NCBI GenBank assembly: GCA_035406965.1
Contig: DAONZU010000002.1
Coordinates: 1 to 53,485, forward strand
Source of the DNA: Bacteroidales bacterium
GTDB lineage: Bacteria; Bacteroidota; Bacteroidia; Bacteroidales; ML635J-15
Reading direction: 5' to 3'
Length of the DNA: 53,485 nucleotides
Below are positions 8,411 through 17,884 of this stretch, one piece after another (within the stretch, counting starts at the first letter, position 1; each line of letters starts with the position of its first letter). The translations under genes were made by a program, and so were the position numbers. The notes beneath the pieces were generated by a model. The model did not search any database and was not told where the DNA came from. It saw only the letters and a list, made by a program, of their open reading frames with translations.

Positions 8411-9568
8411 ATGGCGAAAATTTTAATAATTGATGACGAAAGAGCTATCCGCAACACTTTAAAAGATATTTTAAGTTTTGAAAAACATAATGTTGATTTA
8501 GCTGAAGATGGTGTTGAAGGGATAAAATTAACAGAAGACAATACTTACGATTTAATTTTTTGTGATATTAAAATGCCTCAAATGGACGGCATTGAAGTTT
8601 TAGAAGTTTTGCATGAAACAATTCCCGAAACTCCTGTGGTTATGATTTCTGGTCATGGCACTATCGACACTGCTGTTGAAGCAATTAAAAAAGGGGCTTT
8701 TGATTTTATTAGCAAACCATTGGATTTAAACCGCATAATGATTACATTAAGAAATGCTCTTGATAAATCAAACTTGATAATGGAAACTAAAACTTTGAAG
8801 AAAAAAGTTGACGTAAAATATCAAATGATTGGAGAATCTGAAGCTATTAACAAAGTTAAAGACATGATTGAACGCGTTGCACCAACCGATGCTAGAGTTT
8901 TAATTACTGGCGAAAACGGAACTGGTAAAGAAGTAGTTGCTAGATGGCTCCACGAAAAAAGCAATAGAGCGCAAGCTCCTTTTGTTGATGTTAACTGTGC
9001 TGCAATTCCGTCAGAACTTATTGAAAGTGAGCTATTTGGACATGAAAAAGGTGCGTTTACTTCGGCTATAAAACAAAGAAAAGGAAAATTTGAACAAGCC
9101 GATGGTGGAACAATTTTTCTTGACGAAATTGGAGATATGTCATTATCGGCTCAAGCAAAAGTTTTAAGAGTTTTACAAGAAAATAAAATTACACGAGTAG
9201 GCTCCGACAAAGATATAGACGTGAACGTGAGAGTAATTGCTGCTACAAATAAAAATCTTGCAGAAGAAATTGAAAAATCACACTTTAGAGAAGACCTTTA
9301 TCATAGATTAAGCGTAATTTTAATTCACGTTCCTTCACTAAACGAAAGAGAAGGCGACATACCTCTTTTAGCCGAACACTTTATAGAAATTTCATGCCAA
9401 GAACAAGGCTTAGCTGTCAAAAAAATCACTCAAGAAGCATTAGAAGAATTAGAAAAAATAAACTGGACAGGAAATATACGTGAGTTCAGGAACGTAATTG
9501 AAAGGCTTGTAATTCTATGCGGTCCAGTAATTGACGCAGCAGATGTTATTACTTATGCTGGAAAATAA
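8411..9568 (+). CDS. Sigma54-dependent response regulator (REC + AAA+ activator) lacking a C-terminal HTH
   Basis: 385 aa. Receiver domain (ILIIDDE..., phospho-Asp context FCDIKMPQMDG), Walker A GENGTGKE, GAFTSA loop, and WTGNIREFRNVIERL near the C-terminus. Only about 20 aa follow, so no Fis-type HTH. A TAAATTTG -7 box lies at 8386-8393. Confidence 0.8.
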   Translation: MAKILIIDDERAIRNTLKDILSFEKHNVDLAEDGVEGIKLTEDNTYDLIFCDIKMPQMDGIEVLEVLHETIPETPVVMISGHGTIDTAVEAIKKGAFDFISKPLDLNRIMITLRNALDKSNLIMETKTLKKKVDVKYQMIGESEAINKVKDMIERVAPTDARVLITGENGTGKEVVARWLHEKSNRAQAPFVDVNCAAIPSELIESELFGHEKGAFTSAIKQRKGKFEQADGGTIFLDEIGDMSLSAQAKVLRVLQENKITRVGSDKDIDVNVRVIAATNKNLAEEIEKSHFREDLYHRLSVILIHVPSLNEREGDIPLLAEHFIEISCQEQGLAVKKITQEALEELEKINWTGNIREFRNVIERLVILCGPVIDAADVITYAGK

Positions 9569-9581
9569 TTTTCTCTGACAT

Positions 9582-9611
9582 TTTGTCATAAAATAATTTT
9601 GCTTATATTTG
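9582..9611 (+). promoter_or_regulatory. Bacteroidota-type promoter (-33 TTTG / -7 TATATTTG) for the second sigma54 activator gene
   Basis: TTTG at 9582-9585, an 18-nt spacer, TATATTTG at 9604-9611, and the ATG 24 nt downstream. Matches the published TTTG / TAnnTTTG consensus of Bacteroidota. Confidence 0.4.
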
Positions 9612-9635
9612 TATCTTCTTAAAATTTCGTAATAA

Positions 9636-10862
9636 ATGAATTTGCAGGCAATAAAACAAAGATTTGGGATTATTGGAAATTCTAAAGGATTAAATCGAGC
9701 TTTAGACATTGCTGTTCAAGTAGCTCCAACCGATTTGTCGGTTTTGGTAACTGGCGAAAGTGGAGTTGGAAAAGAAAAGATTCCGCAAATAATTCATGCT
9801 TATAGTAGAAGAAAACACAATAATTATATAGCTGTTAACTGTGGAGCAATTCCCGAAGGCACAATAGATTCTGAACTTTTTGGGCATGTAAAAGGTGCAT
9901 TTACTTCGGCTCATAGCGATAGAAAAGGTTATTTTGAAGAAGCTAACAAAGGAACAATATTTTTAGACGAAGTTGCCGAATTACCTTTAGCTACTCAAGT
10001 GCGTTTGCTTAGAGTTTTAGAAATTGGCGAATTTATAAAAGTAGGTTCTTCAAAACCTGAAAAAACTGATGTTAGAGTTGTTGCTGCAACAAATGTTGAT
10101 TTACAACAAAGAGTTAGTGAAGGTAAATTTCGCGAAGACTTGTTCTATAGATTGAATACTGTTCCAATTGTTGTACCTCCTTTGCGACACAGACAAGACG
10201 ACATTCATTTGTTATTTAGAAAATTTGCAAGCGATTTTTCCGAAAAATATAATATGCCGGCAATTCGACTAAGCGAAGATGCAGTTCATGTTTTAAATTC
10301 ATATAGATGGCCCGGAAATATTCGTCAATTAAAAAACATCACAGAGCAAATTTCTATAATTGAAGAAGAAAGAATTATTTCTGCAGAAATGCTAAAATCT
10401 TATTTAGAAGGTGCAGAAACATCGAATTTACCTGTTTTATCAAAAAAAGGAAACTTCGAAAATTTTGCTTCTGAGAGAGAGATACTTTATCAGGTTTTGT
10501 TTGATATGAAAAGAGATATGAATGAATTAAAATTATTGGTGAACGACATTATCCAACAAAATCCTAATGTTAAAATTACTAGTTATCCACACGATACTTT
10601 CAATAATTTTGATAATGAAGTAAAAATAAATCCGATAAATCACGCCTATTCCAACGAACAACCTGTTATACATCACCAAGAGACTCACCAAGAACATGGA
10701 GAGGTTGTTGAAGAAGTTTTGTCTTTAGCTGAGCAAGAAAGAGAATTAATTGTTAAAGCTTTGGAAAAACATAATAATAAACGTAAACTAGCTGCCGAAG
10801 AATTAGGAATTTCGGAAAGAACATTATACAGAAAAATTAAAGAATATCAAATAAATAAGTAG
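9636..10862 (+). CDS. Sigma54-dependent transcriptional activator (AAA+ + Fis-type HTH) lacking any N-terminal sensory/receiver domain
   Basis: 408 aa. The AAA+ domain starts almost at residue 1 (IIGNSKGLNRALDIAVQVAPTDLSVLVTGESGVGKE). Has a GAFTSA loop, WPGNIRQLKN, and a C-terminal HTH (LAAEELGISERTLYRKIKEY). Confidence 0.8.
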   Translation: MNLQAIKQRFGIIGNSKGLNRALDIAVQVAPTDLSVLVTGESGVGKEKIPQIIHAYSRRKHNNYIAVNCGAIPEGTIDSELFGHVKGAFTSAHSDRKGYFEEANKGTIFLDEVAELPLATQVRLLRVLEIGEFIKVGSSKPEKTDVRVVAATNVDLQQRVSEGKFREDLFYRLNTVPIVVPPLRHRQDDIHLLFRKFASDFSEKYNMPAIRLSEDAVHVLNSYRWPGNIRQLKNITEQISIIEEERIISAEMLKSYLEGAETSNLPVLSKKGNFENFASEREILYQVLFDMKRDMNELKLLVNDIIQQNPNVKITSYPHDTFNNFDNEVKINPINHAYSNEQPVIHHQETHQEHGEVVEEVLSLAEQERELIVKALEKHNNKRKLAAEELGISERTLYRKIKEYQINK

Positions 10863-11378
10863 ATGAAAAATATAAGAAACATAGTTTATTTTTTAATTTT
10901 TATTAGCTCTATTGCCCTATGTTCTTGTGTTGGCGGATATTCTTTCACAGGAGCTGACATTTCTGCTGATATTAAAACTATTCAAGTCAATTTCTTTCCA
11001 AATCAGGCTAGTATGGTGCAGCCAAATCTTTCTACAGTTTTTACTGAAACTTTGAAAGATAAATTTATTTCACAAACAAATCTTGAAATGGTTAACTACG
11101 ACGGTGATATTGCCTTTGAAGGTGCAATTATAAATTATAATGTTACAGCTCAAGCTTTTCAAGGAAACGAAACTGCTGCTCTAAATAGATTAACAATTAC
11201 TGTTAAAGTAAAATTTACAAATACAAAAGAAACTGCAAAAAGCTTTGAAGCAAATTTTACAAGATATGCTGATTTTGAAAGTTCTATAAATTTAGCAAGC
11301 ATTGAAGGCGAGTTAATTCAAAGCATTTCTGAAGAATTAGTTACTGACATTTTTAACAGAGCTGTTGCAAATTGGTAA
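10863..11378 (+). CDS. lptE: LptE-family LPS-assembly lipoprotein
   Basis: 171 aa. Lipobox-like ALCSC followed by GGYSFTGADIS...IQVNFFPNQA, typical of Bacteroidota LptE-family proteins. The position between a sigma54 activator and secG is as I recall it from other Bacteroidota. The start abuts the upstream stop. Confidence 0.6.
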   Translation: MKNIRNIVYFLIFISSIALCSCVGGYSFTGADISADIKTIQVNFFPNQASMVQPNLSTVFTETLKDKFISQTNLEMVNYDGDIAFEGAIINYNVTAQAFQGNETAALNRLTITVKVKFTNTKETAKSFEANFTRYADFESSINLASIEGELIQSISEELVTDIFNRAVANW

Positions 11379-11381
11379 AAT

Positions 11382-12749
11382 ATGAATAAGGAACAATTTT
11401 TAAAATATTGTAGCGATTTTTCTTTACTAGACTCAAAAAGTTTAGAAGAAATCTCTGCACTTATTGAAGAGTTCCCTTATTTTCAAACTGCCAGAATTTT
11501 ATATGCTAAAAATCTAAATTTGCTCAAAGACGTAAGATTTGAAAATAAATTGAGAAATACTGTAGTTTATGTTCCAGACAGAAAACATTTGGTTAGACTA
11601 ATCAATTTGAAAAATCTTCCTGAAAATGAAATAACATTCATAAATGAGCCAAAACTTGTTGAACAAGAAATAGTTAAAGAAGAAATCCAAATTGAAGATA
11701 CAAAACAAGAAGAACCAGCTGAAATTCAACCTGTCAACCAAGAAATCGAAGCCAAACAAGAAGAAGTGAGTGAAAATCTACAAGTTAGCCAAGAAATTGA
11801 AACTAAAGAAATCAAGCAAGAAGAAATCGCTGAAAAACAAGAAATAGCCAAAGAAGCTGAAACTGAAGAAGTTAAACAGGAAGAAATTATTGAAAATCAA
11901 GAAGTTAGACCAGAAATCAAAGATAAAGAAATTGCAGAAAATATTTTACCAGAAATTTCTGAAGAAACAAAAAAAGTTGACGAAACTCCTAGCAATGAAG
12001 AAATTGTAAAAGCAGAAACCAAACAAGAAGAAGATTTTAAAGAAGATTCGGAAGAATTATCTGAAACAGAAAAGCTTAAATCAATTATTGAAGCTCGATT
12101 AAGAGAACTTGGAATAAACGAAAAAGTTAGAATTGGAAACGAAGAAACTGAAGAAGCAAAACAAGAAACTACTGTTAATCAGCAAGTTAATCAAAAAACC
12201 CAAGTTGAAGAGATTAAAGAAGAAACAACTATAAATCAACAAGTTAGCCAAGAAATAGAAGAAGAAGAAATCAAAAATATTTTTATAGATTTTTCTGATG
12301 ATGTGAAAAAATTTGACAAGTCTATAAATAAAAATAACGGCTTTGAGCTTTTAGATTTTGATTTCGAGACAGAAAAAGATGCAATTTTAGAGTATCAAAA
12401 TGAAAAAATTGATGAAAAAGACTCATATATTTTAGAAAATATTTCTCAAAAAACGACAAATAATAAGCCTGAAAAAATAAATTTAATAGATAAATTTTTA
12501 GCTGAAAATCCGAGAATAATTCCCGACAAAGAATACGTTTCTGACAGTTCTCTTGCAAGCAAATCACTACTCATAGATGACAGTGATTTATTTAGTGAGA
12601 CTTTGGCTAAAATCTATATTAAACAAGAACATTTTGAGAAAGCAATTTTAACTTATGAAAAATTATGTTTGAAATATCCCGAAAAAAGTATTTACTTTGT
12701 CGGGCAAATTGAAAAAATAAAAGAATTGATAAAAAATAAAACGAATTAG
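11382..12749 (+). CDS. Hypothetical protein with long acidic E/Q/K-rich repeat core and TPR-like C-terminus
   Basis: 455 aa. The central ~200 aa are degenerate repeats (KQEE[IV]xENQ[EV]Vx.EIExKEI; ETT[VI]NQQV[NS]Q). The C-terminus reads LAKIYIKQEHFEKAILTYEKLCLKYPEKS. Confidence 0.5.
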   Translation: MNKEQFLKYCSDFSLLDSKSLEEISALIEEFPYFQTARILYAKNLNLLKDVRFENKLRNTVVYVPDRKHLVRLINLKNLPENEITFINEPKLVEQEIVKEEIQIEDTKQEEPAEIQPVNQEIEAKQEEVSENLQVSQEIETKEIKQEEIAEKQEIAKEAETEEVKQEEIIENQEVRPEIKDKEIAENILPEISEETKKVDETPSNEEIVKAETKQEEDFKEDSEELSETEKLKSIIEARLRELGINEKVRIGNEETEEAKQETTVNQQVNQKTQVEEIKEETTINQQVSQEIEEEEIKNIFIDFSDDVKKFDKSINKNNGFELLDFDFETEKDAILEYQNEKIDEKDSYILENISQKTTNNKPEKINLIDKFLAENPRIIPDKEYVSDSSLASKSLLIDDSDLFSETLAKIYIKQEHFEKAILTYEKLCLKYPEKSIYFVGQIEKIKELIKNKTN

Positions 12750-12751
12750 TT

Positions 12752-13075
12752 ATGTATATCTTTTTTTCTGTATTAATTGTTATTTGTGCTGTACTTCTAA
12801 TTTTAATTGTATTAGTACAAAATAGTAAAGGTGGTGGTTTAGCTTCAAACTTTGGACAAGGTAACCAAGTTATGGGTGTTAAAAAAACTGCTGACTTTCT
12901 TGAGAAAGCCACTTGGGGTCTTGCTATAGGATTAATTGTATTTTCATTATTAGCAAGTTTTTCTATACCTGGAAACCATAAAGTTAAGAAACAAGACATT
13001 GAGCAAACTCAAACTGCTCCAGCAGAAAGTAGTGAACCTGCACCTGGTTCTGGCGAGCCTCTTCCTGTTGAATAA
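12752..13075 (+). CDS. secG: Preprotein translocase subunit SecG
   Basis: 107 aa. LILIVLVQNSKGGGLASNFG matches the SecG signature region, and there are two TM segments. Confidence 0.8.
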   Translation: MYIFFSVLIVICAVLLILIVLVQNSKGGGLASNFGQGNQVMGVKKTADFLEKATWGLAIGLIVFSLLASFSIPGNHKVKKQDIEQTQTAPAESSEPAPGSGEPLPVE

Positions 13076-13117
13076 TAAAAATATTTAGTATTTTACAATT
13101 TCGTAGTTTTTGTATTT

Positions 13118-14305
13118 TTACTTATATTTTTTCAACCTAATTATAAAGTCGCTTAAAATATTCATATAGTTTACGAATGCTTCGTATGGCGACTCATAAG
13201 GGTTGAAATATTTATGTACGTCTCCGTCCGAGAACCATTTTGTACACATATAATAGAAGTGGTCGCTGGTTTGTAAGTACAACCAATCTTTCCAAATTTC
13301 TGGATCGTTTATTTCTTTTACTTTATCATAAAGCGAATATAAGTTATTGAAAGCCTCGTCTTGGAGTTCGTTTCCTAGCCAAGCTGTAAGGTCTCTTTCC
13401 TCGTCTGCCCAAGAAATTGGATATGGCACATGTATTTTTGACACAGGTTCAGCATTTTCAACAATTTCAGATGGAGTGGAAAAAGTATAGTTTGAATATC
13501 TGAAAACAGCATCAGGAAGAGCTTTTAAAAACTCGAAAATTCCTGTTTCTTCCCATTGATGTTCGCCAAAAGTTTCATAGTCCATAAACAAATTTACCAT
13601 TTCTTCTTTTGGGTCAATGGCATTTAGCCAAGCAACAAATTTTTCTGTTGTTAATGGAAATTCCTCCCAAGCATGATTTGAAAAACGGAAGGCTATATCA
13701 TCAGAAAGCTTAAAATTTTTAAGCAATAATTTTAATTTTGGATTTATTGCGTTGCAGTACAAATAGTTTGGACTTTTCCAACCTAAAATATGTTTTGCTC
13801 CTTCTGAAATCATTCCCTTAAAACCCATATTTGAAATATACTCTCCTATTTGGTCGGAATAAATTAATTCTGTATTTCTAAAAACTTTAGGTTCAACTCC
13901 AAAATGCTCTTTTATTTTTTGGCGATGCATATTAATTTGACGTTCAAACTCTTCGTAGCTTTTTAAAGCAGAAAGAGAGTGCGCATAAGTTTCACTAAGA
14001 ATTTCGACATTACCTGTAGCTACAAGTCTTTTGAAACTCTCCAAAACATCAGGTGCGTACATTTCAAATTGATCTATTGCCACTCCAGAAATAGAATATG
14101 CAATTTTAAATCTATCTCCATATTCTTGAATTAAATCCAAAAACACTTGATTTGTTGGCAGATAACACTTTTCTGCAACTTTACGCATTATATTACGATT
14201 TTCAAAATCATTGTAATAATAATGGTCGTTGCCAATATCAAAAAATTTATATCTTTTTAACCTAAATGGCTGATGCACCTGAAAATAAAAACAAATTGTA
14301 CGCAT
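13118..14305 (-). CDS. Glycoside hydrolase family 57 protein (short form)
   Basis: 395 aa. The N-terminal ICFYFQVHQPFRL... and ...MDYETFGEHQWE motifs are GH57-like. Lies in a cluster with GT4 and debranching-enzyme genes. Confidence 0.7.
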   Translation of the reverse strand: MRTICFYFQVHQPFRLKRYKFFDIGNDHYYYNDFENRNIMRKVAEKCYLPTNQVFLDLIQEYGDRFKIAYSISGVAIDQFEMYAPDVLESFKRLVATGNVEILSETYAHSLSALKSYEEFERQINMHRQKIKEHFGVEPKVFRNTELIYSDQIGEYISNMGFKGMISEGAKHILGWKSPNYLYCNAINPKLKLLLKNFKLSDDIAFRFSNHAWEEFPLTTEKFVAWLNAIDPKEEMVNLFMDYETFGEHQWEETGIFEFLKALPDAVFRYSNYTFSTPSEIVENAEPVSKIHVPYPISWADEERDLTAWLGNELQDEAFNNLYSLYDKVKEINDPEIWKDWLYLQTSDHFYYMCTKWFSDGDVHKYFNPYESPYEAFVNYMNILSDFIIRLKKYK

Positions 14306-14354
14306 TATATTATTTTTTAAATTTACACATTACTAATTCTCAATTATTCAATTA

Positions 14355-15641
14355 TCAATTATCAATTAATTCTTTATAAACTTTATTTACTTTAAACGCT
14401 GAATTTTCCCATCTTAAATTTTCGACTTCTATTTTTCCATATTTTTTAAACATTCTTGACAGGGCTGGGTAATGCAACATTCCATAAATAGCATCTGCTA
14501 GGTCATCTACATCCCAGAAATCGACTTTTAAAGCATGTTTCAACACTTCTGCCACACCTGATTGTTTTGAAATAATTACAGGTACATCAGACATCATAGC
14601 TTCTAATGGTGAAATTCCAAAGGGTTCGCTAACAGACGGCATTACATAAACATCGCTAATCGAAAACATATCATAAACTTCTTGTCCTCGTAAAAATCCG
14701 GCGAAATGAAATTTTGTAGCTATATTTAATTTTGCCACTCGTTTTATCATTCTATTTAGCATATCTCCACTTCCTGCCATTACAAAACGCACATTTGGAT
14801 CTTTATCAATAACTTTTTTTGCTGCTTCAATAAAATAATCAGGACCTTTTTGGAAAGTAACTCTTCCTAAAAAAGTAACTATTTTTTCATCAAAACCTTT
14901 TGTTACTTTAAATTCATTTGGTAAAGTTATTGGCTCAACTGAATTATGAACTGTTACGACTTTATCGGGATGGATTCCATATCTTTCGATAATAGTTCTT
15001 CGAGTGAGATTACTTACAGCGATAACTCTATCTGCTGCTTCCATTCCCTCACGTTCAATATCATAAACTCTTTGATTTACATGTTCTCCACTTCTGTCGA
15101 ATTCTGTTGCGTGCATATGTACAACCAAAGGTTTTCCTGAAACTTTTTTTGCAGCAATTCCTGCATGATATGTAAGCCAGTCGTGAGCATGAATAACATC
15201 AAATTTGTTTGTACTTGCGACATAAGCCGCAATTAAAGCATAGCGAGCAACTTCTTCATAAAGATTTATACCATAGCTTCCTGAAAACTTAAAGTTTTTT
15301 GATAGTACAGATTCTTTAAATTCTGAATGAGAAAGTGATTTTCCTGCGAATATTTTTTTAAATTCTTCGGGGTCCATATATGGAATTAAGTTAGCCCCAA
15401 CTTCTATATATCTAAAATTTTTCCAGAATTTTGTTTCTTTAGTTGTTCTTTCTGTTATATCAACTTGTCCTGCATCGACAAGATTTATATAAGTTTTATC
15501 TTCATCTCCATAAGATTTTGGCACTACAAAAATTACTTCTGTTCCAAAGTGTGATAGTCCTCTTGTTAATCCATAACATGCGGTTCCTAATCCTCCTGTG
15601 ATATGTGGTGGAAATTCCCAACCAAACATTAGTACTCTCAT
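14355..15641 (-). CDS. Glycosyltransferase family 4 (glycogen-synthase-like)
   Basis: 428 aa. MRVLMFGWEFPPHITGGLG N-terminus, HAHDWLT, and the EPFGISPLEAM (E-x7-E) motif. Overlaps the upstream gene by 4 bp. Confidence 0.75.
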   Translation of the reverse strand: MRVLMFGWEFPPHITGGLGTACYGLTRGLSHFGTEVIFVVPKSYGDEDKTYINLVDAGQVDITERTTKETKFWKNFRYIEVGANLIPYMDPEEFKKIFAGKSLSHSEFKESVLSKNFKFSGSYGINLYEEVARYALIAAYVASTNKFDVIHAHDWLTYHAGIAAKKVSGKPLVVHMHATEFDRSGEHVNQRVYDIEREGMEAADRVIAVSNLTRRTIIERYGIHPDKVVTVHNSVEPITLPNEFKVTKGFDEKIVTFLGRVTFQKGPDYFIEAAKKVIDKDPNVRFVMAGSGDMLNRMIKRVAKLNIATKFHFAGFLRGQEVYDMFSISDVYVMPSVSEPFGISPLEAMMSDVPVIISKQSGVAEVLKHALKVDFWDVDDLADAIYGMLHYPALSRMFKKYGKIEVENLRWENSAFKVNKVYKELIDN

Positions 15642-17593
15642 GATTTTATATTGTTTTTATAATTATCAATCATGTTAGCAATTCTCAGTAATTCTGCAAC
15701 GCTCCAAGCCTGTGCAATTGCCCCTCGTGGATTATGTGGCGGGTCTCCGTCATAAATTTCTGAAATACTTCCTATTCCAGCAATTGTCATATCTTCTTCG
15801 AACTTAAAATAAATTTTTTCTACTAAAGCCAGACCACTTTCTCCATGAATTTTTAGCCAGCCTTCACAAAAACTTCCTAAAAGCCAGGGCCAAGCAGTTC
15901 CTTGATGATAAGCATTGTCTCTTTGTTCTTGATTACCTTTGTAAACCCCTTTATAATCAGGCGAATTAGGACTTAAAGTTCTTAATCCTTTTGGCGTTAA
16001 AAGTTCTTTTTTAACTTTTTCTAAAACTCTTTCTCTTTGTTCTTCCGACAAAGGTGAATATGGTAGTGAGCAAGCAAAAATTTGATTTGGACGGATTGCC
16101 CAATCTTTATATTCATAAGTGCAATAATCAGCGAGATAGTGTTTATTGTCGTCCCAGAAAAATTGTAAAAACGATGATTTTATTATTTCTGGCACATGTT
16201 TCCAAGTCTCAATAAAATCTTTGTCTTTATTATGTTCGGCAAGTTCTAAACTAAAATTAACAGCATTATACCACAAGGCATTAATTTCAACTGCGAATCC
16301 GTGTCGTGGTGTTACAGGTTTGCCAGCAACAACTGCGTCCATCCAAGTTAGTGCTTTTCCTGCTTCTCCAGCCCAAATCAAACCGTTATCGTGCATTTTT
16401 ATGTTAAATTGGGTGCCGTTTCGGAAATTTTCTAAAATATTTTTAATTTTTTCGCCATAATCTTTCCAGATTTCAACTTTATCATTAGTAAATTTTAAAT
16501 ATTCTTGTAAAGCCCAGAAAAACCATAATGGTGCATCTACAGAATTTAATGCTACATTATTTCCTGCACCAATATTTGGAAAAAGTCCATCTTTAATTTC
16601 AGAAGTCATGGTATCTAAAACTTCTTTACATGTTTTAATATCATTTTGATATAATGTTAATCCTGGTAGTGAAATAAACGTATCACGTCCCCATCTGCCA
16701 AACCATGGATAGCCTGCAACAATTTCGCTTTTCCCTTTTCTTTTATAAATAAATTGTTTAGCTACACTTTCTAAACATTCTCTATAATTAGAACGTGGCA
16801 TTCTTTTTTTAAGTTCGGCATTATATTTTCTTGCTAAATTTTTAGGGTTTGCCTCATCTAATCCTGCTGTAAAAATTATAGATTCGCCTGTTTTTATATC
16901 TGCTTCAAAATATCCTGGCACATAAAGGTCTTCTTGATAGTCATAACCTCGTCTTTGTTCTTCCTCATACTCAACATTATAATACCAGTCGGGTGCATGT
17001 ATATACTCAGCTTCTTTATTTGTTTGTAAGTAAAGAAATTTATAAGCATCATACATTCTTAGCTTGATACCATTGTCCACAGGCGTGAATTTTGTATTTA
17101 CAAACAAATTGGCTTTACTAAGTTTATGCACATTTCTAAAAGCGAGAAAAGGTTTAAATCTAATTTTGGTTTTACTAACAGCCTCTAATAAAGTATATTT
17201 AATAATTATTCTATCATCTTCGGTAAGTATTCTTTCCATTTGTAAAACTACACCTCCTACTCTCCAAACAAGTTTTGGGACAATATCGATATAAAAATCT
17301 CTTACATATTTATGTCCTTTAGGGTGGTAATTATTTCCTGGATATTTTCTTACACCAAAATTAAAAATAGCATCATTTTGAATTACTGAAATATCTATAC
17401 CAGAAAGTAAAACATGATTATCGTTATCGATATCTTCCATTGGGCAAACCAAAAGCCCATGATATTTTCGAGTATTACATCCAACTATTGTAGTACTTGC
17501 ATAAGATCCTGCTCTATTTGTTCTTAGCAATTCTCTCTTTAGCGAGTATTCAAGATTTATTAATTGTGTCTTATCAAATTCTATATAACTCAT
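15638..17593 (-). CDS. Glycogen debranching enzyme family protein (GDE N-terminal + amylo-alpha-1,6-glucosidase domains)
   Basis: 651 aa. Contains GYPWFGRWGRDTFISLPG and AYHQGTAWPWLLG motifs typical of GDE_C (six-hairpin glycosidase). A TAGATTTG -7 box lies on the minus strand at 17608-17615. Confidence 0.75.
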   Translation of the reverse strand: MSYIEFDKTQLINLEYSLKRELLRTNRAGSYASTTIVGCNTRKYHGLLVCPMEDIDNDNHVLLSGIDISVIQNDAIFNFGVRKYPGNNYHPKGHKYVRDFYIDIVPKLVWRVGGVVLQMERILTEDDRIIIKYTLLEAVSKTKIRFKPFLAFRNVHKLSKANLFVNTKFTPVDNGIKLRMYDAYKFLYLQTNKEAEYIHAPDWYYNVEYEEEQRRGYDYQEDLYVPGYFEADIKTGESIIFTAGLDEANPKNLARKYNAELKKRMPRSNYRECLESVAKQFIYKRKGKSEIVAGYPWFGRWGRDTFISLPGLTLYQNDIKTCKEVLDTMTSEIKDGLFPNIGAGNNVALNSVDAPLWFFWALQEYLKFTNDKVEIWKDYGEKIKNILENFRNGTQFNIKMHDNGLIWAGEAGKALTWMDAVVAGKPVTPRHGFAVEINALWYNAVNFSLELAEHNKDKDFIETWKHVPEIIKSSFLQFFWDDNKHYLADYCTYEYKDWAIRPNQIFACSLPYSPLSEEQRERVLEKVKKELLTPKGLRTLSPNSPDYKGVYKGNQEQRDNAYHQGTAWPWLLGSFCEGWLKIHGESGLALVEKIYFKFEEDMTIAGIGSISEIYDGDPPHNPRGAIAQAWSVAELLRIANMIDNYKNNIKS

Positions 17594-17830
17594 GCCTGAA
17601 ATTTTTACAAATCTAATACTTAATTATAACGTAACTTTTCTTTTATACCGTCAAAGATAAACAAAAAAAATGAAATAACAATATTTATTTTCAATTATTT
17701 TTAAAATATTTTTAGTTAATTAAATTTCAACATTATTTTTTCATCATCGTGTGCTTTCACTCTCATTAACAAGCCTTTAAGTTAATATATAAATTTAATG
17801 TATTTAACAATCATCGTTTAATAATTTTAT

Positions 17831-17861
17831 TTTGTAAAAATCATAGCTTAATGTAACTTTG
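17831..17861 (+). promoter_or_regulatory. Bacteroidota-type promoter (-33 TTTG / -7 TAACTTTG) for gmhA-mpl
   Basis: TTTG at 17831-17834, a 19-nt spacer, TAACTTTG at 17854-17861, and the ATG 24 nt downstream. Confidence 0.45.
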
Positions 17862-17884
17862 AACACTAAAATTAACAAGCGATA

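Noticed and set aside
12619-12999. 126-aa minus-strand ORF
   Set aside because: It is antisense to the well-supported secG gene and to the end of the upstream gene, and it has no motif of its own.
14341-14369. CAATTAT heptamer microsatellite (about 4 copies) at the GT4 stop / GH57 upstream spacer
   Set aside because: It is a short, imperfect AT-rich repeat that partly encodes the GT4 C-terminus (ELIDN*). This is consistent with chance low complexity in an AT-rich genome.
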